Shown in pieces: positions 1 through 7,899 of a stretch of DNA of 64,000 nucleotides. Position 1 is the first letter of the stretch, and every line of letters starts with the position of its first letter. The translations under genes were made by a program, and so were the position numbers. The notes beneath the pieces were generated by a model. That model was not told the origin of the DNA, ran no database searches, and worked only from the letters and a program-made list of their open reading frames with translations. The DNA is from a virus (Duplodnaviria > Caudoviricetes), in the IMG/VR virus record IMGVR_UViG_3300030098_006079, one strand, 5' to 3'.

Positions 1-1
1 T

Positions 2-358
2 AATTTCTTTTGCGTTTTTTGCAACATTACGTTCAATCAGATTAACAAACTTAGTTACCTGTTTTTCCAACGCTGTTACTCTATCAATTAGAGGAGTTAA
101 ATCTTGCTGCTGTACAACTGGTGCAGGTTGTTGTTGCGGTACAGGTTGTTGTGGAGCTTGTGTAAGTGGTTGCGGAGCTGCTTGTTGCTGTATCATTTGC
201 TGCCTAGTTGCTTCTCGTGCAGCTGCTTCTTCATATATTTTTCTATTAATAGGTACATCACCCATAGTGGCGCTTTTTTGTACCATATTCTTGTTAAATT
301 CATTTGATGTTACATTCAAACTATGTAACGCATACTGTAGTTCTTGCTCGTCGTTCAT
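2..358 (-). CDS. Gln/Pro-rich hypothetical protein, 3' end cut by the window start (absent from the ORF track)
   Basis: Manual translation from ATG at 358: MNDEQELQYALHSLNVTSNEFNK...QQQAAPQPLTQAPQQPVPQQQPAPVVQQQDLTPLIDRVTALEKQV..., open to the window edge and co-oriented with gp32. Confidence 0.75.
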   Translation of the reverse strand, partial: MNDEQELQYALHSLNVTSNEFNKNMVQKSATMGDVPINRKIYEEAAAREATRQQMIQQQAAPQPLTQAPQQPVPQQQPAPVVQQQDLTPLIDRVTALEKQVTKFVNLIERNVAKNAKEI

Positions 359-366
359 CTTACGAA

Positions 367-391
367 ATAAGGGGGGTATAACCCCCCTTAT
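367..391 (-). terminator. Stem-loop, probable intrinsic terminator downstream of gp32
   Basis: Perfect 10-bp inverted repeat ATAAGGGGGG-(TATAA)-CCCCCCTTAT, 13 nt past the gp32 stop, with T-rich flanks on both strands. Confidence 0.7.
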
Positions 392-404
392 GAATTTTTT
401 TATT

Positions 405-1250
405 TTATTCCAAACTATCAAGGAGCTGCTTTACCTTGTCATCATCAACGTCACCACTCTCATTAGTAGTCTCTTTTACGTCGTCATCAAAGCTAATGTC
501 GTCGTCGTCATCGTCTTCTATTTTAGAAGAAGTTTCAGTTGAAGGTTTATCTTGCGCTCCATAATAATGCTCGTTTAGCATTGTCTCTAATTCCTCGTAA
601 CTCTTGACCGGGAATACATTCTCAAGATCATATACTTGATCATAAATTGTACCTACCGAATCAGCGTCAACACCAGTAATCTTTGACGGGCTAGCAAAAC
701 GAGAACTTACATAAGTAGGAAAACCACCCTGCTCTTCAACTTTAATACGCAAGTTACAACCATTTTCAGTCAAATCAAAGATACGCTCACCAAATTCATC
801 AGCATCATCTCCCTCAATAGCTTCCATAACAATCTTATGTAGCTGACGACCAAAACGTAAAATTTTCACTTTACCTTCATTCTCAGGATTTTCATTATCC
901 TTGACTACATAGACATTGATTAACCAGTTCTCTTTTCGATTCAACGCCTTAGCCTTTTCTTTCTCTTCCTCAGTACCAGTGCGTGTGATCTTGAATCGAG
1001 CTTCAGCAATTGGATCACGCTCACCCCACGTTTGAGGAGAGATAGCACTCTGGAACTGACCAGTTGCTTCACTAACCCATCCATGAGAATAGTAATGAAA
1101 AAACGTCTTACTCGGATCTTTTGCGAACGGAACTAACCGTACCGTATATGTATTACCAGCCCTCAACCGTAAGATATTACTTGTCGAGTTGTTGTTCTGC
1201 GATGGTTTATTCAACGCGTCCTTGATTGATGCAAACATACTTGTTGTCAT
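405..1250 (-). CDS. gp32: T4-like single-stranded DNA-binding protein
   Basis: VRLVP..., WLINVYVVKD.ENPENEGKVKILRFG, IFDL..G.N.RIKV...PTY.SSRF and an acidic C-terminal tail; sits in a T4-type replication block. Confidence 0.9.
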   Translation of the reverse strand: MTTSMFASIKDALNKPSQNNNSTSNILRLRAGNTYTVRLVPFAKDPSKTFFHYYSHGWVSEATGQFQSAISPQTWGERDPIAEARFKITRTGTEEEKEKAKALNRKENWLINVYVVKDNENPENEGKVKILRFGRQLHKIVMEAIEGDDADEFGERIFDLTENGCNLRIKVEEQGGFPTYVSSRFASPSKITGVDADSVGTIYDQVYDLENVFPVKSYEELETMLNEHYYGAQDKPSTETSSKIEDDDDDDISFDDDVKETTNESGDVDDDKVKQLLDSLE

Positions 1251-1897
1251 TTTCTTTTTAATATATTGTTAATAGTTTTTTTAAGTTTAATACTCAACGG
1301 TTTGATTTTATTCGAGGATAAGTACCTCGATCTCAAACTACTCAGCACATTATAGAAGTCTTTGTAAACAAAATCAACTACTTTGTTCTCTAGATTTAGA
1401 TGTCTATCGTCGTAACCTAATGCTAATAAAGAATATAAACATATGTTATCGGATTTTAAGTCTAGTAGAAACGCAGGGTACATGCCTTTGTTTATTTCTA
1501 AATATTTCTCTACAATTGAAATATCATTTTTTACACACTGTTCGTAAATAAATTTAAAACTATTTCTTAATTGTTTAATGTTAAATTCTGCGTCTGGTTT
1601 AGTGAGTTGTATTTCTCTTACATATTTTCTATAAACTGAAATAGCTGGAAAAGTACTATAATAACTTAGCGGAACAAATCGCTCACTATGCATAATATAA
1701 GGAGCTTCAAAAAATAAAATAGGGTCAATTTTTTTATTTCTTAAGGTAGCAGATATCTTCTTAATCGCGATATATTTTTCATCCTCGATGTCGTCGAAAT
1801 TTTTACGAGGAGTGAACCCTTTATTTTTTCGTGTAGATTTTAAATATGTATTGTATGTGTGTTGCTCTTGTACGGTAAGATTTTTCTCTACAGTCAT
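1247..1897 (-). CDS. Hypothetical protein, possibly a gp59-like helicase loader
   Basis: 216 aa and directly upstream of gp32, matching T4 gp59 in position and size. Sequence resemblance is weak. Confidence 0.3.
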   Translation of the reverse strand: MTVEKNLTVQEQHTYNTYLKSTRKNKGFTPRKNFDDIEDEKYIAIKKISATLRNKKIDPILFFEAPYIMHSERFVPLSYYSTFPAISVYRKYVREIQLTKPDAEFNIKQLRNSFKFIYEQCVKNDISIVEKYLEINKGMYPAFLLDLKSDNICLYSLLALGYDDRHLNLENKVVDFVYKDFYNVLSSLRSRYLSSNKIKPLSIKLKKTINNILKRK

Positions 1898-2169
1898 ATT
1901 TGAAGTGTATTTTTCTTAAAAAATTTTGTTACGTATTTGCTCTTATAAAGTAATGGATCATGATCTAGAAATAATCTAACTAAATCAAAATTACTCTCTA
2001 ATAATAAGCTATCTTTGAACAAATCTCTATACTTTTTTTTATTAAGAACAATTAAAAATACATTCGCCAAATTAATTTTTTTATTTTCACACATCGAGAC
2101 AAAACTACATAGAGTGAGAAATCTATGTTTTATATCTTTACGGTCTAAAATTGTATATGGATTATCCAT
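1894..2169 (-). CDS. Hypothetical protein (91 aa)
   Basis: Overlaps both neighbours in the operon; no motif recognised. Confidence 0.6.
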   Translation of the reverse strand: MDNPYTILDRKDIKHRFLTLCSFVSMCENKKINLANVFLIVLNKKKYRDLFKDSLLLESNFDLVRLFLDHDPLLYKSKYVTKFFKKNTLQI

Positions 2170-3058
2170 TTAAAGGTACAAATTTTTTGCTTAACGCTAA
2201 TACTGTCTCAGTTAATTCTCCACCTGCAGCATATTCATGACCTCCACCGTTACTAATAGTTTTAGCAAATTTGCCTAAATCTAATTCTACATTTGTATTC
2301 TTGCGATAATAAACCCGTTTACCGTTGAGGTTGATCAACATACATACGTCGCGATTAGTTTTATCAATAATATACTGCGCTACATCATTTATATATTCCT
2401 TTGCAAAAGCACTTACGAATTTATATTCTTTACCACCAATTGGTAATGTACATTCAAATAATTGTAACCCTTCTGCAAGTTTTTTAAATTTATAAAAATG
2501 ATAACTTATAATTTTGTTCTGCTCATTTGTAAAGCCATGAAAACCATGCTCAAAATCATTAATAAAATTTTGTAATTTATTACCATTTTTATACCAGAAT
2601 AAAAAGTTAAGTTTGTTGCTTTCAGGAAATTTTAATTCATAACAATCATAATCATTAACAAGAGCGATTAAATGTTTTTGCTCAGTTGTTAAATTACCTA
2701 GCGAACCTAATGTATTATAATATTTGTATATTAGTTTACTGCAGGAGGTTTCATTTACATCAATATAATACTCTGCATTTTTGTAAATTTCTTCTTTATG
2801 AGTCTTATGATGATCAAATATGCATACGTTTTTCTTATCTATTAAATCTTGTATTTCAGTAGTATCTAAGTCAAAGAAGTATACTTGTTTATAATCTTCA
2901 AGCTTGTTATTGTTAAGCCAACCTAAAAACTTCTCTCTCAAATTACTAACTTTAAGAGTAACTACTTTAGGCTTTTTTTGTTTAGCCCAGCAGTATACAA
3001 GATAACTACAACACCCGTCGATATCTAGGTCGGTAAAGATTATTTCATCTTTAGACAT
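2162..3058 (-). CDS. DHH/DHHA1 phosphoesterase (RecJ/NrnA-like)
   Basis: TDLDIDG (DxDxDG), FFDLD, DHH, VNDYD and C-terminal GGGHEYAAG motifs. Confidence 0.85.
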   Translation of the reverse strand: MSKDEIIFTDLDIDGCCSYLVYCWAKQKKPKVVTLKVSNLREKFLGWLNNNKLEDYKQVYFFDLDTTEIQDLIDKKNVCIFDHHKTHKEEIYKNAEYYIDVNETSCSKLIYKYYNTLGSLGNLTTEQKHLIALVNDYDCYELKFPESNKLNFLFWYKNGNKLQNFINDFEHGFHGFTNEQNKIISYHFYKFKKLAEGLQLFECTLPIGGKEYKFVSAFAKEYINDVAQYIIDKTNRDVCMLINLNGKRVYYRKNTNVELDLGKFAKTISNGGGHEYAAGGELTETVLALSKKFVPLNG

Positions 3059-3064
3059 TATGAT

Positions 3065-3070
3065 TATTTA
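3065..3070 (-). promoter_or_regulatory. Putative late promoter TAAATA
   Basis: TAAATA ends 6 nt before the DHH start codon. Confidence 0.4.
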
Positions 3071-4411
3071 CACCTCCCTCCCGAAATGTCCCGCTGACGT
3101 TTCTGCAGCCGATACATCTTCGTTAATATTAAGATCATTATTTTCAGATAATGTTAGAGTACTATAATCTATAGCCATTCTATTACTACCGGTATTTGAC
3201 CCAAAACGGTTTTTTATAATACCTATATGTAATGCATCTTCTTCTTCATCTTGCTCATTGCGCCATATACTAACTATTGCGTCAGCAGTAGCACCGAGCC
3301 CATAACTCTCACCTATACTCTCTAAACCAGGAGTAGTTGTATTACCATAACCAGTACGGTTAACCTGAGTAGCAGAAACAACTGGGCATTCAAACGTGTA
3401 CGACATAGCTCTTACTTGCTCAGATATACTTTTTACTCTTTCGTAGGAATTATTACCGTATGTACTCCCCATTAAATTAAGATAATCAAGTACAATTATA
3501 TCTGGTTTGAATCCTTTATTGCCTAACTTTTTAATAAAACCTTCTAATTGAGGTGGTGTAATTGAGTTAGGAGGGAACTCTTTAATTATCATATTAGCCC
3601 TAGGGCTTAACATTTTAAATTTAGTAACCTTTTCTTTTAACGTCTCAACATGGTCTTTTAAATGATTGATCGGTAAATTAGATATTCTTGATGTAATACG
3701 TTTACTATAAATCATCTCTGACATCTCTAAAGATACAACAAGTACATTCTTACCCTGTTCTGCAGCATTAGTTGCTACATTACTTAAAAATATTGATTTA
3801 CCAACATTTGTCGGACCAGCAAAAATATACATTGCACGACCGTTCTCTAAGAAACCACCATCCAATCGCTCATCTAACCATTTCCAACCAGTACGTATTT
3901 TTGTTTCCTTCGTAGTGATATCTTCAATATGCTTGTCGAGATCTTTAAAATAATCATGACCTACATTTGTGGTAATAGAGATATTGCAAGCTTTAGTAAA
4001 CTTATCGTGTATTACAGATACATCTCTTTCTTTACTATCAACAATGTCTAAAAATGTATTAAAGACTGCTTGTTCTTGCAAAAACTTTTCTGTGTATTTG
4101 TATAATACATCTTCATTAAAATCTATTTCTATTTCCGCAATAGACTTTTTGCATTTCAAATAATGATCTTTTAATTGATCAGTATTTAAATATAATTCTA
4201 ATTCCGTCTTTGATGGTCGTTGTTTATTCTTTTTATATAAAGCTTGAATTATTTTTATAATTTGTTTTATATCATTATTTTTAAAGAATTTATAATTTAA
4301 ACTATCTATGATAGAATTTAAATATATTTCATCTTCAAGCAGCTGCTTAAAAACAATTTTCTCTAAAAATTCAAGATCAACGTCGAGGTAGTTACTTTCG
4401 CTTGTTAGCAT
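3068..4411 (-). CDS. gp41: Replicative DnaB-like helicase
   Basis: Walker A FAGPTNVGKS, SLEMSE, Walker B IIVLDYL, SATQVNRTG, KNRFG. Confidence 0.92.
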   Translation of the reverse strand: MLTSESNYLDVDLEFLEKIVFKQLLEDEIYLNSIIDSLNYKFFKNNDIKQIIKIIQALYKKNKQRPSKTELELYLNTDQLKDHYLKCKKSIAEIEIDFNEDVLYKYTEKFLQEQAVFNTFLDIVDSKERDVSVIHDKFTKACNISITTNVGHDYFKDLDKHIEDITTKETKIRTGWKWLDERLDGGFLENGRAMYIFAGPTNVGKSIFLSNVATNAAEQGKNVLVVSLEMSEMIYSKRITSRISNLPINHLKDHVETLKEKVTKFKMLSPRANMIIKEFPPNSITPPQLEGFIKKLGNKGFKPDIIVLDYLNLMGSTYGNNSYERVKSISEQVRAMSYTFECPVVSATQVNRTGYGNTTTPGLESIGESYGLGATADAIVSIWRNEQDEEEDALHIGIIKNRFGSNTGSNRMAIDYSTLTLSENNDLNINEDVSAAETSAGHFGREV

Positions 4412-5096
4412 GTTTTACGAGAGTATTATAGAAGTACTCTTCTGATTTTCTATAGTCGTCAGTTATTTCGGTTAGGCCAGGTGATTCATGTATAACATGA
4501 ATAGGGGCTGTTGTTAGTTTTAAACCAGCAAGATGACAATCCAAACAAAATTTAATATCGTAGCAATGAAAACCTTTTAACTGCTCATCAAAACGTACGT
4601 CATGTAAAGCAATAGATTTAGTTCTTACCGCTAAAAATAAACCGTCTAGTAAAATTACATCTTTTGGAACATCACCAAATATAGTATATGCATAATCAGT
4701 TTTATTATAATAATGGGATACTACACCTGATAAAGTTTCTGGTTTACATAATAAATGCCATAAACATGGTTTTTTTATTTGTAGTTTACTACCACCAGCT
4801 AAACCTACTACATCATATCCATTTTTAAAAAAATTACGGATAGTCTGTAAGAAGTTAATACTATCAATTGTTATATCATCATGCACAAATAATATACAAT
4901 CATATTCTTTTAAATTCTCTTTTGTCAGATATTTGTTATACGTTGCGCATAATGGAGAGGTATTGTTATAAGTAGGTTGCAACGTATATGATACATTGGT
5001 TTGCTTTGACTTATGATTCTTTAGGCTATTAGCTAAACGAGAATTTTTAAATTCTTGTTCATTAAGCTTAGTAGCTGTTGCTATTAAAGTTTTCAT
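4392..5096 (-). CDS. GT-A-fold glycosyltransferase-like protein (Glyco_tranf_2_5-like)
   Basis: YNKYL, ILFVHDD, VVGLAG, LLDGLFLAV, FDEQLKGFHCYD, IHESPG. Confidence 0.75.
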   Translation of the reverse strand: MKTLIATATKLNEQEFKNSRLANSLKNHKSKQTNVSYTLQPTYNNTSPLCATYNKYLTKENLKEYDCILFVHDDITIDSINFLQTIRNFFKNGYDVVGLAGGSKLQIKKPCLWHLLCKPETLSGVVSHYYNKTDYAYTIFGDVPKDVILLDGLFLAVRTKSIALHDVRFDEQLKGFHCYDIKFCLDCHLAGLKLTTAPIHVIHESPGLTEITDDYRKSEEYFYNTLVKHANKRK

Positions 5097-5731
5097 AAAA
5101 AGAACGGTACGGAATTGAGCTTAAATTTACTTACTTCTTTAAATCTATTTGAAGTAAAGTTATATTCTAACACAGCCCCTTCGTCTATATATTTATATTC
5201 AGGCATAGCCGCAGACGTAAAGTTTCCGTCATTATAATGTAATGTACTGCCAGATCTAAATATACGTAAACTACCAGTTTTACTATTATAATACCAGCAG
5301 CCATATATACCTTCTAACATTTCTAGAGCTTGGGTAAATCCAACCTTTTCCATAAGAGGTAAAATGATACTACTATCTACGTCATTATAGTTTTCTAGTT
5401 TCATCTTATCAACTAAATCTCTATCATTTTCTAGTACACCATTGTGCGCTAAATAACGACCATTCATAGTAAATGGATGAGAAGTAGATAATTTAAAGTC
5501 TCTTTCCTTTGATGTAGGAGACTGTACGTGACCGAGATAATAAATACAAAACGGATTCTCGGTAATAGGTTTTGTAAAGTCTAATTCGTGTGTTGTTTTT
5601 ACTAAAGTATTACTTTGTAATCCTTGCGGGAATAGATACGTTACACTACGTACAAAATTACCCCTCTCTGTATTTTTTTCACAGAGTTTTCTAAATGTCT
5701 CTATATTATTTGATCCAAAAATTCCACACAT
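5093..5731 (-). CDS. Class II (Ntn) glutamine amidotransferase-like protein
   Basis: N-terminal MCGIFG, RG, GHVQSPT (canonical GHxRxAT), HPF, HNG, DS. Confidence 0.8.
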   Translation of the reverse strand: MCGIFGSNNIETFRKLCEKNTERGNFVRSVTYLFPQGLQSNTLVKTTHELDFTKPITENPFCIYYLGHVQSPTSKERDFKLSTSHPFTMNGRYLAHNGVLENDRDLVDKMKLENYNDVDSSIILPLMEKVGFTQALEMLEGIYGCWYYNSKTGSLRIFRSGSTLHYNDGNFTSAAMPEYKYIDEGAVLEYNFTSNRFKEVSKFKLNSVPFFL

Positions 5732-5746
5732 AATTTTATATTTTAT

Positions 5747-6442
5747 TTAAACTACTTTCCAAGGTATATCATCTCGCTCATACTCTATTGGGTCAACGAG
5801 ACCATTTTGTAAGAACCCTTGTATACGAGAACTACATGCTGTACAATAACCGCATGCCTTTTCTCTTCCCTCATAACAAGTCCAAGTATCCTCAAATTTT
5901 ACATTATTGACTACACCAGTTTTAATAATTTCTTGCTTTGATAACTTAATTAAAGGTGCTTCTATTTTAATTTTTGTTTTTCTATTCAAAGCAGTTACAT
6001 TATTAATCTCTGTAAGAAACTCTTTACTACCGTCCCAATAACCTGCTTGACTATCTACAAGCGCCGATCCATGATATACAGTCTCTGCTCCTACAGCTTC
6101 TGCATATGCTGATGCAATTGATAACAACATCATATTGCGGAACGGAACATAATTTACTGTTTGTGCATCTCCTAATACATCTCGCGCATGCGCTACTTTA
6201 ATATTATTATTTGTTAATGCAGATGTTGTTGCAAGATCTTTAAAGAAGGTAAGATCAATAATCTTATGCTCTTCAATATTATCATAATTATCAGTTTGCA
6301 TACCAGCATATAACATTTCTTTTATATGCTTTTGACCGTAATCGAAAGTTATTGCATAAATGTCGTCATGAACACTTGCTGCTAAACTTAAAATTACTGA
6401 ACTATCTAAACCACCTGAAATAGGTACTACTGCTTTACTCAT
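5747..6442 (-). CDS. queC: 7-cyano-7-deazaguanine synthase QueC (divergent)
   Basis: SGGLDS PP-loop, FDYGQKH, YVPFRN, zinc motif TCY...CGYCTAC. Confidence 0.92.
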   Translation of the reverse strand: MSKAVVPISGGLDSSVILSLAASVHDDIYAITFDYGQKHIKEMLYAGMQTDNYDNIEEHKIIDLTFFKDLATTSALTNNNIKVAHARDVLGDAQTVNYVPFRNMMLLSIASAYAEAVGAETVYHGSALVDSQAGYWDGSKEFLTEINNVTALNRKTKIKIEAPLIKLSKQEIIKTGVVNNVKFEDTWTCYEGREKACGYCTACSSRIQGFLQNGLVDPIEYERDDIPWKVV

Positions 6443-7523
6443 CGTCTTGTTCTAATATAGCTAATTCATCGAGTGACTTACCATAACGGTACTTTTCACT
6501 TATAGAAGATTCTAATTTAGGCAGCACATTACTCCACGTTTCTTCGTCATTGCGCCAATTTTTGTAATAACCTAATTTTTTCTCTCCCATACTATACGTC
6601 GAACCATTTTGTTGTATAATACCATGAGATACTGCAATATCTTTTAGACCAGAATATTTTTCTAGACCAGTCTTAAAATTAAGATATGCTTCTCCTTGCA
6701 AGAAAGCAGGTATAAATCTATTTTTTACTGTGAGCATTCGAAGAGTAACGCCAGAATAGTTACGACTTTCAGTTAATGCCTCGTCGTTTGTATTACCAGC
6801 ATCAGTTTTCTCTTTCTTAGCTGCCATTTGTACTAGTATAGACGCCATGTATACAGGCCCAGACCCACCAGCTTGTTGCTTAACTAAGGTAGGATGGAGT
6901 GCACCAGGGTCAGCGTACGTATGATTACTTGCAATTACAGTTGTACCAGTAACAGCTGCTTTATAAGTAATAATACGCATCATGGATTTAAGCTGCTTGG
7001 CTCTAAGCCCCATATCCATGGCGCCTTTATTAGCACCAGCATCGTTTATTTCCTTCTCCGACGCTAAATTACCGAGAGAGTCAATAGAAATAATGAACTT
7101 ACCATGTAGTTCGGGTTCTTTTTCTACTTCATCTAAGAACGCCATGATCTGGTTACGACAACTTTCTACTGTATCTACTGGAACATATTTTACATTAGAC
7201 GTATCAAGACCGACATTCTCAGCTCCCTCGTTTTCTACTGCTACCTCTGTATCAAAGATAACAGGTACCATGCCTTTGCGTTGAGCATGAGCTAAAATTT
7301 TATTTAAAATAAAGGTTTTACCACAACCAGAATCTCCTGCAAAAATAGTAATTCTACCTTTAGGTACTCCACCGTATAAGGAACCAGAAAGAATAGAATT
7401 TAACACTAAACAACCAGTATCAATCCATTCGGTTACATTACTGAGAGTATTTTTTTCTAAAGTAGTAGCGTTACTATTTAGTTTTTGCAGTTTAGCAAAT
7501 GCTTTATCAACGAGATTAGACAT
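6435..7523 (-). CDS. uvsX: RecA-like recombinase UvsX
   Basis: IDTGCLVLN.ILSG...GG.P.GRI, AGDSGCGKT, FDTE, IDSLGNL, GGSG. Confidence 0.9.
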   Translation of the reverse strand: MSNLVDKAFAKLQKLNSNATTLEKNTLSNVTEWIDTGCLVLNSILSGSLYGGVPKGRITIFAGDSGCGKTFILNKILAHAQRKGMVPVIFDTEVAVENEGAENVGLDTSNVKYVPVDTVESCRNQIMAFLDEVEKEPELHGKFIISIDSLGNLASEKEINDAGANKGAMDMGLRAKQLKSMMRIITYKAAVTGTTVIASNHTYADPGALHPTLVKQQAGGSGPVYMASILVQMAAKKEKTDAGNTNDEALTESRNYSGVTLRMLTVKNRFIPAFLQGEAYLNFKTGLEKYSGLKDIAVSHGIIQQNGSTYSMGEKKLGYYKNWRNDEETWSNVLPKLESSISEKYRYGKSLDELAILEQDDE

Positions 7524-7526
7524 GTA

Positions 7527-7865
7527 TTAATGATCTTCAAATAAAGTTACTTCTTCTTCCTTTACAGGCTCAGGATTTGGTTCTTCTTTCGTGTTAATCT
7601 TCGCATTATAATGCTCTAAGATTTTATCTGAAATCTTAACCTCAACATTTACAATTTGAGATTGCCTATATTCAAACACAGGATGTTCTCCGTCAGAAAA
7701 TTCCGTAAAAAATAAAGGCATAACATCTACCTTCATATTTGCTGCGTCGTTGGGCGTAACCATAATCATGGCTGGAGCCTTTACTTTTAATGTTTCGTCC
7801 GTTCTTGCGACAAGTTCTCCGAAACATGTCCTACCAATACTATCTACGTATGTAACTATATCCAT
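7527..7865 (-). CDS. Hypothetical protein, possibly Sm-like beta-barrel with acidic tail
   Basis: Clean ORF with its own promoter-like sequence; beta-rich pattern IVTYVDSIG..CFGEL...LKVKAP. Confidence 0.6.
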   Translation of the reverse strand: MDIVTYVDSIGRTCFGELVARTDETLKVKAPAMIMVTPNDAANMKVDVMPLFFTEFSDGEHPVFEYRQSQIVNVEVKISDKILEHYNAKINTKEEPNPEPVKEEEVTLFEDH

Positions 7866-7871
7866 GTAAGT

Positions 7872-7899
7872 ATTATATATGTTAAAAATTAATTTGCAA
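7872..7899 (-). promoter_or_regulatory. sigma70-like promoter, apparently leaderless
   Basis: TTGCAA-N16-TATAAT-N6-ATG on the minus strand. Confidence 0.55.

Noticed and set aside
104-542. Plus-strand ORFs 104-307 and 267-542
   Set aside because: Antisense shadows of the Q/P-rich minus-strand gene and gp32; no motifs.
1894-2169. Calling the 91-aa ORF gp33 or DsbA from synteny
   Set aside because: Position fits, but no sequence similarity is recognisable.
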